Virus record (IMG/VR): IMGVR_UViG_3300021137_000001
Coordinates: 124,001-188,000 of that record
Direction: 5' to 3' (one strand)
Length of the DNA: 64,000 bases
The position numbers and the translations under genes were made by a program. Within the stretch, counting starts at the first letter, position 1. Each line of letters begins with the position of its first letter. The notes beneath the pieces were generated by a model that had not been told where the DNA came from, ran no database searches, and worked only from the letters and a program-made list of their open reading frames with translations. Positions 1 to 9,500 of this stretch are shown piece after piece.

Positions 1-896
1 GACTCTGTATTGCATCAGATATACATTTGGAGTTTGGTAGCATTGAATTAACCAATACCTCTAATGCTGACGTGCTAATCTTAGCTGGCGATATATGTGT
101 TGCTCGTGACATTGAATTAGCTGGCAAGAATATGTACAGCAATCGTAAACGTGCTGATCGTTATATTGAATTCTTTCAGCAGGTAAGTCGTGCGTTCCCT
201 AAAGTTATTTACGTAGTGGGCAATCACGAGCACTATGATGGTGATGTTAAGTACACAAACGGCATTCTTAAACGTGCATTAGCAGAGTTTGAAAACATTC
301 ATATACTTGAAAAAGAAACATTGGAACTTGGTGACGTTACATTTATCGGTGCTACTATGTGGACTGATATGAATGGGGGCGATCCACTTACACTAGCGGG
401 CATTAAAAATGCAATGAATGACTTTAGGTGCATTGATAACAGCAACAACATGGTTCAACGTAAAGTCCCATTATACGATGAAGGTGGTGAATTTAATAGT
501 GTACGTAATGTTATTGGGTTTAAGTTTAAAGAAGAAGCAAGCAAGTTTACACCAACTGATGCTATGGATGATCACAAGCAGGCAATAGATTATATCAATC
601 ATGTTGTTACTAATGATACAACTAAGAAATATGTAGTTGTGGGACATCACGCACCAAGTATGCAAAGCTGTGCTGATAGATTTCGTGGCGACAGGATTAT
701 GAACGGCGGGTTCTATACAGAGCTCGGTGACTTTATGGCATACCGCCCTCAGATTGCCTGCTGGATTCACGGTCACACTCACGATCCATACGATTATGTC
801 ATTGGGGAAACACGTGTTGTATGTAATCCACGTGGTTATATTGGATACGAAGCACAAGCAGTTGATTTTGAGTTAAAATACATAGATGTTGCATAA
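1..896 (+). CDS. Calcineurin-like metallophosphoesterase (5' partial; true start lies just before the window)
   Basis: Frame is open from position 3 (LCIASDIHLEFG). Motifs DxH, AGD, GNHEHY, HHAP and HGHTH are present. Confidence 0.9.
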   Translation, partial: LCIASDIHLEFGSIELTNTSNADVLILAGDICVARDIELAGKNMYSNRKRADRYIEFFQQVSRAFPKVIYVVGNHEHYDGDVKYTNGILKRALAEFENIHILEKETLELGDVTFIGATMWTDMNGGDPLTLAGIKNAMNDFRCIDNSNNMVQRKVPLYDEGGEFNSVRNVIGFKFKEEASKFTPTDAMDDHKQAIDYINHVVTNDTTKKYVVVGHHAPSMQSCADRFRGDRIMNGGFYTELGDFMAYRPQIACWIHGHTHDPYDYVIGETRVVCNPRGYIGYEAQAVDFELKYIDVA

Positions 897-1030
897 AAAC
901 AACACTTTTATTATTTTTATATCAAAAAACAACAAAAAGATTGACAGGGTTGATAAATACATATACACTATACACTATACAAATACTATAACTTATAGTG
1001 TATCAATTATTAATTAAGGAACTAAATCAA

Positions 1031-1624
1031 ATGAGTAAAATTTTATTAGCATTAGTATTAGCAGCATCAGTATTAACAGCATCAGTGGCACAAGCTGATG
1101 AATCAACATCGGTATCAGGTACATTTGATGTTAAAGACAAACAACATTCACCATTAAATCATGAAGTATTTGGCTTAAACGTCGGACACAACTTCGGTAA
1201 CACATGGTCAGTTGAAGGTCGTATGGAAGATGAACGTGTTGTAGGTAACGGCGGGTCACACGAAGGCCTTGTTCAACTTAAAGTAAACAAAGACATTGGT
1301 ACTTGGTATGGTTTCACTCCATATGCAGGTGTTGCAATTGGTGAGAAATCTAAATCAACAACTAACTTTGCTTACTATGTAGCAGAAGTTGGCGCAAAAT
1401 ATGTAGTAACTCCAAGTTTAACATTAAATGTACAAGAACGTTTACGTACACCATTTAATGAAAACTTTGATAGTCATACTGGTTATAACTACAAAACATG
1501 GGAAACACAAATTGGTGCAAAATACGCAATTAACAAAAACAACATTGTTGGGGTTAAGTATGCAGTTGAGCGCGGTGATTCAACATACAATACAACTGGT
1601 GGGAGCTATACATACAAGTTCTAA
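1031..1624 (+). CDS. Outer-membrane beta-barrel (porin-like) protein
   Basis: AAGGA RBS before ATG 1031; Sec signal peptide ending AQA; alternating amphipathic strands; C-terminal YTYKF BAM-type signal. Confidence 0.8.
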   Translation: MSKILLALVLAASVLTASVAQADESTSVSGTFDVKDKQHSPLNHEVFGLNVGHNFGNTWSVEGRMEDERVVGNGGSHEGLVQLKVNKDIGTWYGFTPYAGVAIGEKSKSTTNFAYYVAEVGAKYVVTPSLTLNVQERLRTPFNENFDSHTGYNYKTWETQIGAKYAINKNNIVGVKYAVERGDSTYNTTGGSYTYKF

Positions 1625-1635
1625 TTTGAACTAAT

Positions 1636-1660
1636 AAAAAGGCACTTTGGTGCCTTTTTT
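1636..1660 (+). terminator. Rho-independent terminator
   Basis: AAAAAGGCAC-TTTG-GTGCCTTTTTT. Confidence 0.85.
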
Positions 1661-1696
1661 GTTGACTTTATTTTCTGTGTGCTATATACTAGTACT

Positions 1697-3706
1697 ATGA
1701 TTAAAAAATTTGTACTCTCACCGTGGACAGCGTTACTCACGTTAGTCCTTATTATCGCTGTTAAAAATGCAGACTTTACATTTGTCGAAAGCGTAAAACT
1801 ACGTTACTTTGATACATTAATTACACACGAACCCGTACAAAACTCTGGTGTACATACAGTAAACATTGATGAAGCAACACTAAACAAATATGGGCAATGG
1901 CCATTTAGTCGAGACATATATGCAAAACTAATTGAAGATACATTTGCACATGGTGCAGGATTGGTTGTGTTTAATGTTATGATGCCAGAGAAAGATCGCT
2001 TTGGTAAAGATGATGTACTTGCTAACACCTTGCGCAATCACGCCGTTATATTACCTAACGCTGGTGATATGCAGAACAAAAACACTCCACGTCATCCAGG
2101 CGCAAGTATTATCGGAGTAAGCCCTGTTGGATTGGTAGTTGAATATCCGGGCATTATTGCAAATACAAAAGTATTAGAAGAAGCCGCAAGTGGTGTTGGG
2201 CTAGTTAACACATTCCCAGAAGTGGATGGTGTTGTCCGTCGTGCACCTTTAGTTATATTGAGTGGGCAAGACTTATACCCTGCATTAAGTTTAGAAACAT
2301 TACGTGTTGCGGCCGGCGATCCAAGTTTTCAAATTAAACTAAATGACATGGGTGTTGATAAAATGCGCATACCAGCATTTGGTCCTATTCAAACTGACTC
2401 GCTAGGTAGAGTGTGGGTGGATTGGCAACAACGTGCAACATCTCACAGCGCAATGGATATGCCCAACTTTAATAAAGCAATTGTCATCATTGGCACAACA
2501 GCACGTGGCATTAGTAATCCCGTTGCAACAAGTAGAGGCGAAGTATTCCCACATGAGTTACAAGCAAGTGTACTTGGCACAATGATTGCTGGTACAAACA
2601 TACAACGACCCGCATGGGCAGACAGTGCAGAATTGTTTGCGCTAATTGCTATTAGTATTATTATGTTAGTGCTATCACGCTGGGTCTATGTTGGATTAGC
2701 AAGTGGTATTATATTACTTGGTGCAGTAATCCCTGTCACAATGTATTTCTATCACGCAGACAAGTTTTTATTAGACGGCACGTTTATATTAGCAGGTGGT
2801 GTACTTGTTATGCTACATGCTTATGGCATTAAGTTTGTAAGCGAGTTCTTACAAAAACAACAAATTAAGCGACAGTTCGGTAGTTATGTCAACCCTACTA
2901 TTGTTGAACGCTTACAGAAAGACCCAAGTCTTATTAAGTTGGGCGGAGAGAAACGTGAGCTTAGTATTGTTATGACAGACCTGCGTGGGTTTACTACATT
3001 AGGTGAAAGCTTCGGTGATGATGTAGAAGGGCTTACACAAATTATGAATGACTACATGACAGCGTTAAGTATCCCTGTACTAAAGAATGATGGTACACTG
3101 ATTAAATTTATTGGCGATGCAAGTTTACACGTACACGGCGCACCGATTGATGATGTGTATCACGCACGTAACGCAGTCAAGACAGCACTTGAAATGATTA
3201 AAGCCATCGAAGAATTTAACGTTACACTAGTTGCAAGTGGTCGTCCACCAGTTGGTATGGGTGCAGGTGTTAATACTGGCCCAACGCTTATTGGTAACAT
3301 TGGTGCTAAGAGCAAGTTTGGTTATGACGTGTTGGGTGACAGTGTAAGCACAGCCGCACGTTTAGAAGGACAGACTAAAGCATATGGTGTATTACTAATT
3401 ATTGGACCAGAAACTGCTCGCTTGGTTAAAGATGATTTTCATATTGTACATCTCGACAACATTGCGGTTAAAGGTAAGACAGTTGGCTTAGACATCTATA
3501 CTGTTGGACACACAGTTAATTACATACATGATGAATATTTAAAAGAATACTTCCGCGGTAATTGGAAAGAAGCAATTGGGTGGGCCAAGAAGTTAGTTAA
3601 TAATGACGACGTTGATATTAAACATTATTACGAACTAATGATTGAACGTATGGAAGGCGGGCTTCCAGCTAATTGGGATGGAACATATCATGCTACTTCG
3701 AAATAG
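1697..3706 (+). CDS. CHASE2-domain class III adenylate/guanylate cyclase
   Basis: N-terminal TM; CHASE2 motifs (IDE..L..YGQWPFSR, DGVVRR); three TMs; cyclase motifs TDLRGFT, KFIGDA, YDVLGDSVSTAARLEG, VKGK. Confidence 0.92.
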   Translation: MIKKFVLSPWTALLTLVLIIAVKNADFTFVESVKLRYFDTLITHEPVQNSGVHTVNIDEATLNKYGQWPFSRDIYAKLIEDTFAHGAGLVVFNVMMPEKDRFGKDDVLANTLRNHAVILPNAGDMQNKNTPRHPGASIIGVSPVGLVVEYPGIIANTKVLEEAASGVGLVNTFPEVDGVVRRAPLVILSGQDLYPALSLETLRVAAGDPSFQIKLNDMGVDKMRIPAFGPIQTDSLGRVWVDWQQRATSHSAMDMPNFNKAIVIIGTTARGISNPVATSRGEVFPHELQASVLGTMIAGTNIQRPAWADSAELFALIAISIIMLVLSRWVYVGLASGIILLGAVIPVTMYFYHADKFLLDGTFILAGGVLVMLHAYGIKFVSEFLQKQQIKRQFGSYVNPTIVERLQKDPSLIKLGGEKRELSIVMTDLRGFTTLGESFGDDVEGLTQIMNDYMTALSIPVLKNDGTLIKFIGDASLHVHGAPIDDVYHARNAVKTALEMIKAIEEFNVTLVASGRPPVGMGAGVNTGPTLIGNIGAKSKFGYDVLGDSVSTAARLEGQTKAYGVLLIIGPETARLVKDDFHIVHLDNIAVKGKTVGLDIYTVGHTVNYIHDEYLKEYFRGNWKEAIGWAKKLVNNDDVDIKHYYELMIERMEGGLPANWDGTYHATSK

Positions 3707-4448
3707 TTTAATAGCATTATTATTATTCAGCAGTTCTGTATTTGCTGATGTAACTGCTAAAAGTTATCTTGTTACTGATACGCAAGGACAAGTTATTAAT
3801 GAGCGTGATGCCGACCAGCCACGACCCATTGCTAGCATTACTAAACTAATGACTGTTATGGTTGTGCTCGATGCTAAACAACCGTTAGACGAAGATATTA
3901 AATTAAACTTTAAGTTGGCTAAACAATATCATACACATTTACCACGTAGTATCAAAACGCTAACACGTCACGAACTAATAGATTTAGCAATGGTTAAGAG
4001 TGATAACTTCGCCGCTTACACGTTATGTTTAAATTACCCAGGTGGCATAGATAATTGTGTATATGCTATGAACAACAAAGCTGTTACGTTAGGTATGGAC
4101 CATACCACCTACACAGACCCAACAGGGATAGAAGAAACTAATGTAAGTACAGCACGTGATTTAATTAAATTAATTATCTCAGCTAGGAGTTATTTAGAGA
4201 TTGTTGGTGCTACTAGATCTAGTGTAGATATTAAAGTTAAGAAACATTGGTGGCAGTTTTGGAATACTAATTTGTTAGTGCGTAATACAGATGATGTTAT
4301 TGTAAGTAAAACAGGATACATACATCAAAGTGGAGGGTGTGTTGTGATGCTTATGAATACTCAATTTGGACAGCGCATAGTAGCAATACTTGGTAGCAAA
4401 AATACACATACCCGTATTCCAGAAGCGCAAACTTTAGCTAATATTTAA
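3690..4448 (+). CDS. Peptidase S11 D-Ala-D-Ala carboxy/endopeptidase (PBP7-like)
   Basis: Signal peptide; SxxK (ASITK), SDN and KTG motifs. Confidence 0.9.
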   Translation: MLLRNSLIALLLFSSSVFADVTAKSYLVTDTQGQVINERDADQPRPIASITKLMTVMVVLDAKQPLDEDIKLNFKLAKQYHTHLPRSIKTLTRHELIDLAMVKSDNFAAYTLCLNYPGGIDNCVYAMNNKAVTLGMDHTTYTDPTGIEETNVSTARDLIKLIISARSYLEIVGATRSSVDIKVKKHWWQFWNTNLLVRNTDDVIVSKTGYIHQSGGCVVMLMNTQFGQRIVAILGSKNTHTRIPEAQTLANI

Positions 4449-4789
4449 TCTTTCTTTATTTTCGGTAAGGTATCATCTAACTTAGCGGCTTCGTCAAATT
4501 GTGCAGCGGCAGTGCGATCAACTTTAACCTGTTCCATAACACGATCCGATTCAATCATCTTGCCACGTAAATGTAGTACAGTATTAACTTTTTGATTAAG
4601 TCTAATCAAGTCATTATCTAACATACGTATGCGGTCAATAAGGGCAATCAATACATTATTTGCATCTGTGATAACTGGCTTAACTTCTTTAGTACACCAT
4701 TCCCATACCATACGAATAATATATCCCATACCAATTGTCATAATGATAGGAAAACCGTACTTATTAATTAAATCTGCTATTTCGTTCAT
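4445..4789 (-). CDS. Small membrane/coiled-coil protein, paralog of 6194-6472
   Basis: GFP-TM N-terminus; IRMLDNDLIR resembles VKTMNHDVIR in the paralog. Confidence 0.7.
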   Translation of the reverse strand: MNEIADLINKYGFPIIMTIGMGYIIRMVWEWCTKEVKPVITDANNVLIALIDRIRMLDNDLIRLNQKVNTVLHLRGKMIESDRVMEQVKVDRTAAAQFDEAAKLDDTLPKIKKD

Positions 4790-4790
4790 A

Positions 4791-4925
4791 TTATGCTCCT
4801 ATTGCATAAAGTAACATCCATCCTATTGCTACTACAACTGCTATAAACAATGCTTCGTATCTATGACCAGCACCACATTCACATTGTGCGCAAGTACAGT
4901 GCCGATTACGTTCGCGTACACTCAT
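4791..4925 (-). CDS. Small Cys-rich membrane peptide (44 aa, not in ORF track)
   Basis: MSVRERNRHCTCAQCECGAG... with C-terminal TM; ATGA overlap with the upstream small ORF. Confidence 0.55.
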   Translation of the reverse strand: MSVRERNRHCTCAQCECGAGHRYEALFIAVVVAIGWMLLYAIGA

Positions 4926-5074
4926 AATATAACACCAATACATAAACCAATAGCAAAGCCGATTGTTAAAGAAAGTAGCATATCACTATCGTGCCATAAT
5001 GCTTGTTTTGCTAACCAATTTTGTGTTCTTACATCACCTTCAGGCCAATCACTTTTGAAATTCCACGACATCAT
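4922..5074 (-). CDS. Small membrane protein (50 aa, not in ORF track)
   Basis: MMSWNFKSDWPEG...LCIGVIL; GGGA RBS; fills the operon gap. Confidence 0.6.
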   Translation of the reverse strand: MMSWNFKSDWPEGDVRTQNWLAKQALWHDSDMLLSLTIGFAIGLCIGVIL

Positions 5075-5080
5075 ATTCCC

Positions 5081-5875
5081 CTAAATGTTATCTTGCGGCG
5101 CTTGCTCGCCAGCTGCCCAACGAGCTAAATTATTACTGTAACGTGTAATACTGTGATTTGAAAAGAAGTTAATATCTTTACGCATAATGCCTTTTACAAA
5201 TCCTCGTGCTACATCTTTAATTAGCTGAGTATAGGTCAGGGTGCGTAAATTTCCCCAGTGATTCATATAGTACATACCACCGAAGTGATGGAATGGCCAT
5301 AATGGAACACGTGCAACAATGTCTGCATTGTTTACGAAGCGGAAGTGTAAAACACCTGTTGCAGTAATGCCTTTAATGTATGCGCTATCACCAACACGTG
5401 GGCTACCATATGTAAACAATGCTTGCGCACTTGGCAATTCTTCATTACGTTGTAGTTTATATGCGACGATTGTAGCCATTGCTGCACCCAAGCTATGTCC
5501 GGCACACCAAATGGTTCGTTTCTTGCTTAATTTGATTAGTTTTGGCTCTAAAGTAGGCCAAATATTGTCTACACTTGACTTAAAACCGTGGTGAACTTTA
5601 CCGATGCCTGTACTACTTGCGACTGGTCGTGCATCTAAATCTGCACCGATATCTTTAAACTCTGTTGGCTGTGTACCGCGACATACGACAATTGCATCAT
5701 CTGCGTTAGTTAGCAAATATGCTTGACTGCTATTAACATTAATAAACTCTGACTTAAAGCCGAGCTCTTTAAATTGCACTTCACTATCTTTTGGGTCACT
5801 ATATGCAATGTCACTTAGTTGTGCAAACAAATGTGCTTGCTCTGGAAACGGGCGCATGTTAATCGGAGTTGTCAT
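5081..5875 (-). CDS. Class 3 lipase (alpha/beta hydrolase)
   Basis: RGT, VHHGF, GHSLGAA, TYGSPRVG, DIVARVP and C-terminal His. Confidence 0.92.
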   Translation of the reverse strand: MTTPINMRPFPEQAHLFAQLSDIAYSDPKDSEVQFKELGFKSEFINVNSSQAYLLTNADDAIVVCRGTQPTEFKDIGADLDARPVASSTGIGKVHHGFKSSVDNIWPTLEPKLIKLSKKRTIWCAGHSLGAAMATIVAYKLQRNEELPSAQALFTYGSPRVGDSAYIKGITATGVLHFRFVNNADIVARVPLWPFHHFGGMYYMNHWGNLRTLTYTQLIKDVARGFVKGIMRKDINFFSNHSITRYSNNLARWAAGEQAPQDNI

Positions 5876-6056
5876 TTTGAGTATATCCCTTAATAAATGT
5901 TAAAAGTGGGTCGAGCTTAACTAATTGTGTTACACCATCGATGTTTACGAGCTTAAAGTGGTCACCACCCTTCCAACCTAATGCATCAATATTGAGTTCA
6001 CTATCAAATACTATTCTGTCGGGACTTAAATCCCAGTTATAATCTACGTACTTCAT
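5859..6056 (-). CDS. Hypothetical protein, possibly AbrB-like
   Basis: LGWKGGD motif; sits within the operon. Confidence 0.5.
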   Translation of the reverse strand: MKYVDYNWDLSPDRIVFDSELNIDALGWKGGDHFKLVNIDGVTQLVKLDPLLTFIKGYTQNDNSD

Positions 6057-6057
6057 A

Positions 6058-6210
6058 TTACTGTTTTTTAAGTATTTCGCTTAACCGATCTGCAACATTT
6101 CGCACATCTTCGCTTAATTGTCCATTGCCAATTGTTTGTTCTATTTTTCTAGCAATGTTATGTAATGTTATAACATCGTCGTCTAATGTTTTATTAATCT
6201 CGTCTTGCAT
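6058..6210 (-). CDS. Small helical hypothetical protein (50 aa, not in ORF track)
   Basis: MQDEINKTLDDDVITLHNIARKIEQ...; fills the operon gap. Confidence 0.6.
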   Translation of the reverse strand: MQDEINKTLDDDVITLHNIARKIEQTIGNGQLSEDVRNVADRLSEILKKQ

Positions 6211-6472
6211 CATTTTTCCCATCAGCACGACTAATACGGTCGACGTCTGGCTTTAATCCGAGAGCATTGCTCACGACAGTGTCGATACGTATAACATCGT
6301 GATTCATTGTTTTAACTCTATTGTCTAATGCAGTGATAATACCAGCCATACCTTTAATGCTACTTAGTACGCCGCCTAGTAATAATTTGATTGTAAGATA
6401 AACAAAGTACCCGCCGGCTAGTGCCATTGCAACGGGAAAGCCCAAATCGCCAATTAATTTGAAAATATCCAT
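6194..6472 (-). CDS. Small membrane/coiled-coil protein
   Basis: LGFPVA plus TM; GAGGGG RBS and TATAAATA late promoter upstream. Confidence 0.75.
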   Translation of the reverse strand: MDIFKLIGDLGFPVAMALAGGYFVYLTIKLLLGGVLSSIKGMAGIITALDNRVKTMNHDVIRIDTVVSNALGLKPDVDRISRADGKNDARRD

Positions 6473-6522
6473 ACATTCCCCTCGAACTTTGTTATTATTA
6501 TATTAGTATTTATAGATTTCGG

Positions 6523-6551
6523 TTGACTTTTGGGTAAACTGGCTGTATAAT
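6523..6551 (+). promoter_or_regulatory. Sigma70-type early promoter
   Basis: TTGACT-N17-TATAAT. Confidence 0.85.
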
Positions 6552-6584
6552 GCTATACATACACTAACAACAAGGAAGAACAAA

Positions 6585-6905
6585 ATGACTACACAAACTA
6601 TATTCGACGAAGCGCAACAAGCTGCAATCAAAGCAGAACAAGCATTTCTTGCTACACATGGTGATATGGCTTACTGCGGATTTGCATGGGTAGATGTATT
6701 TGTAGAACGTACTAACTCAACAGCGGCTAAAGAATTGTTAGCAGTCGGCTTTAAGAAAAGCTATCGTCCTAAAACATTAAACTTGTGGACTTGTGGTAGC
6801 TATCATGGACAAAGTATGGATGTAAAAGAAGCTGGTGCGCAAGCGTTTGCAGAAGTTTTACAAAAACATGGCTTCCGTGCTTATATGGGTTCACGTGCAG
6901 ACTAG
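6585..6905 (+). CDS. Hypothetical phage early protein
   Basis: RBS; CGFAWV motif; follows an early promoter. Confidence 0.8.
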   Translation: MTTQTIFDEAQQAAIKAEQAFLATHGDMAYCGFAWVDVFVERTNSTAAKELLAVGFKKSYRPKTLNLWTCGSYHGQSMDVKEAGAQAFAEVLQKHGFRAYMGSRAD

Positions 6906-6906
6906 T

Positions 6907-7122
6907 ATGGAAGTTATTAAAGAAATAACTGATTGGAATGTGGACTTTCGTCAACCCAACCATGTGTACTTGATGGATGGGGATAAAGTATTAGCATATC
7001 AAAAATGGGGCGAAGGTGAACCCATCTACTTTAAGACTAAACAGAAGCTAGATAAGCGTAGACGCAAGTTTGAAAAAGTTAAGGTTAGCCCATTTAATTC
7101 GGTTGACATTTTGGTAAAATGA
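6907..7122 (+). CDS. Hypothetical protein
   Basis: ATG directly after the upstream stop (MEVIKEITDW...PNHVYL). Confidence 0.7.
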   Translation: MEVIKEITDWNVDFRQPNHVYLMDGDKVLAYQKWGEGEPIYFKTKQKLDKRRRKFEKVKVSPFNSVDILVK

Positions 7123-7131
7123 CTGTATAAT
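7103..7131 (+). promoter_or_regulatory. Sigma70-type early promoter
   Basis: TTGACA-N17-TATAAT. Confidence 0.9.
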
Positions 7132-7188
7132 GCTATACATACACTAACAACACGGAGTAATAAAAAATGAACGCACAACAAATTACAA
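7123..7188 (+). repeat. 66-bp direct repeat, copy 1 (promoter -10, RBS and first 7 codons)
   Basis: 65/66 identical to 21323-21388. Confidence 0.95.
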
Positions 7189-7982
7189 ATAAATTTAGTA
7201 AGATGGGTATTTTAGCAGTTGCAGGGTGTTCTTTTGCAGCAGGAACTGGATTTTTCGATGAGAAAGATTCTCCAGAATTATGGGTCAATTTATGTCACAG
7301 AAACATTAATTGTTTCAATGAATTACAATTAGTCAACCTAAGCAAAGGTGGTGCTAGCAATGCTGAAGTTTTTGAACAAGCCGTAGAAGCAATTAGTTTA
7401 TATCCTAATTTAAAATATTTAATTTGTTCTTGGACTTCAATGCCGAGATATAGTTTTAATGTAGGATTTGAATTGTATGACACTAATGCCGGAAACCCGC
7501 CCAGAGAACATAAGTTAAATGATAGGGTTATTCCGGCCGATTATATTGCCAATGTGCGTGATAGACTCAGATCATTGATTCATTTACAATATGAAATAGT
7601 TAAATTAATAAAATATATTAACATAATTAAACAATTAGCACCTAATGTTAAAATTATCAATGTTAATAGTCTATGTCCGTGGGATAATCAGTTTTTTACG
7701 CAACTAACTGATAATTTTTTACCCAGTGACATGACTGAGTTTACAAGAAAAGAAATTTTAAATACCAAAACAAGAGATGATGAAGAAATTTATAAACTAT
7801 ATGCTTTACAGCACAAACAATATACGCAAGTCGGCGGGATAACTGCAAGCTCTTGGGTTAATTTATATAATTCGTTTTTAACTTTACAAACAGATGTTAA
7901 TTTAGATAATCATCACCCTGGCATTAATAGTAACAAATTGTATTACAATTTAGTAAAAATATATACAGAAACAAATTATTAG
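7167..7982 (+). CDS. SGNH/GDSL-like hydrolase
   Basis: GCSFAAG, NLSKGGASN and DNHHPG blocks. Confidence 0.65.
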   Translation: MNAQQITNKFSKMGILAVAGCSFAAGTGFFDEKDSPELWVNLCHRNINCFNELQLVNLSKGGASNAEVFEQAVEAISLYPNLKYLICSWTSMPRYSFNVGFELYDTNAGNPPREHKLNDRVIPADYIANVRDRLRSLIHLQYEIVKLIKYINIIKQLAPNVKIINVNSLCPWDNQFFTQLTDNFLPSDMTEFTRKEILNTKTRDDEEIYKLYALQHKQYTQVGGITASSWVNLYNSFLTLQTDVNLDNHHPGINSNKLYYNLVKIYTETNY

Positions 7983-8246
7983 CCCCTTTGCAGATTAAGT
8001 TCTGTATCCAGAGGAGATGGTGCTCGCGTAATGGCCGCACTTGTAACGTGTAGAGTAGACTACACACTGGATGGCATCAGGTGCAGTGCGCTACACAAAA
8101 GAAGTTAAGTAGTTAACTAACAAAGACCTAGCATTTCTCTCGTAGCTTATACGAGTCGGAGTTGGTCGCCCAATCTCCTTTACTCTGTAGCTTTGCGGAG
8201 TCAATAAGCAAAAGCAAAAGGCAATAGACAGTCGGAAACGATAGTC
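7982..8246 (+). ncRNA. Candidate large structured ncRNA (multi-helix, pseudoknotted)
   Basis: ORF-free, GC-elevated gap with about 9 complementary helices, a terminal closing stem and a GAAA tetraloop. Confidence 0.7.
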
Positions 8247-8252
8247 CTATAT

Positions 8253-9500
8253 CTAAGTAGTTAGTACTCGGTAAAGATCATCATAGGCTATGGCGTTATC
8301 GTTGTAGCCTATTTCCTCGAATAGCGTCTTACAATTATCAAGTAGTTCACGAGTAATGATATGCTTAAACTCACCGTAGAAGTGATGGAAATTGTACTCT
8401 ACGATTGGCGCTATAGCCTCCATAACGCTTCGCTTCTCTTCTGCACTTAACGCACAGTACCACGCAATCTGCGCAACAACAGCTTCTGTACGTGCATCGT
8501 TGTCTGTAATAGTATCATAGCTTTCATCTATAATACCTTCGAATGTTTTAAATCCATATGACTTCAAGTAAGCCAAGTTACCAACCGCCCCAAGTAACAT
8601 AAATGGTTGTTTCATTACAATTGGCTTAAATATTTTTTCAGTTAACTGTAGTTTGTCATAGTAGAATACAGTTTCTGTAACAACATGCCATAAGCTGTCA
8701 TTAGTACAACGTGGGATATCTGCACTAGCTGAACCTAACACACGTTCATTGTCTATAATCAATGGAGTGCTAGGTAAGTGTAATTTAATGTGGTCTACGG
8801 CTTTGCTTGACAACTTTGTATTAACATCAGCAATCTCTTCTTGCCAGCTTGCTTGTTCTGTAGCTAGCCCAAAGCTCACTTGTCCATGTTCTAATAATAA
8901 TTCTTCGGCTAATTTGCTCACAAAGTAGCAACGATAGCTACGATCATTTGACACAAGCCTATTGAATGTTATATAATCGTAAGTATAGTCCTTAATTACT
9001 TGTTTGTTATAGTTTAGTGCGTAAAACCCGCGATACCAATCAAGTGCGGCAAAACCGTGAAAGAAGTAATACAATAGTCGAGCATCATATTTTATAGCAC
9101 AAGAATCAACTAGTGCAGATTTCTCACTAGTAACAATAGTTTTCTTTTTATATACATATTGTGGATTAGCCAAATTTTCCATGTGTTCGTCCAACGATAT
9201 ACAACCAGTTAATCCATATGGAAGATTATTTTGTAACATAAGTTGATACATTTCATGCATATCTCTCCCATCAGAATATGTAAATAAATCCATATATTGT
9301 TCGACTATTTGCTGCAGGTGCGGTTCCTGATCATAAAAGAAGATTTTTTCTGTGGTGCGGAAACTTGGCGTAAATAATACTATATCATTGATAGTTACCT
9401 GATTAGTATTAATTACACCATTTTTACAATAATAGAAATCAAAGTTCTCAACAAAGATAGTAGAATATAAAAATTCGTAAACATGATCAATTTGGAGCAT
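8253..9500 (-). CDS. Putative glycosyltransferase-like protein, paralog of 15088-16080
   Basis: VVTET...LTEKIFKPI...PF...YLKSYGFKTF...IDESYD block resembles the C-terminus of GT-B/fucosyltransferase-like proteins. The ORF is solid; the function is tentative. Confidence 0.55.
   Translation of the reverse strand: MLQIDHVYEFLYSTIFVENFDFYYCKNGVINTNQVTINDIVLFTPSFRTTEKIFFYDQEPHLQQIVEQYMDLFTYSDGRDMHEMYQLMLQNNLPYGLTGCISLDEHMENLANPQYVYKKKTIVTSEKSALVDSCAIKYDARLLYYFFHGFAALDWYRGFYALNYNKQVIKDYTYDYITFNRLVSNDRSYRCYFVSKLAEELLLEHGQVSFGLATEQASWQEEIADVNTKLSSKAVDHIKLHLPSTPLIIDNERVLGSASADIPRCTNDSLWHVVTETVFYYDKLQLTEKIFKPIVMKQPFMLLGAVGNLAYLKSYGFKTFEGIIDESYDTITDNDARTEAVVAQIAWYCALSAEEKRSVMEAIAPIVEYNFHHFYGEFKHIITRELLDNCKTLFEEIGYNDNAIAYDDLYRVLTT

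Noticed and set aside
7982-8246. RNase P RNA, 6S RNA or group I/II intron
   Set aside because: It lacks the GAGGAAAGTCC/P4 signature, is not one long rod, interrupts no gene and shows no recognisable intron core.
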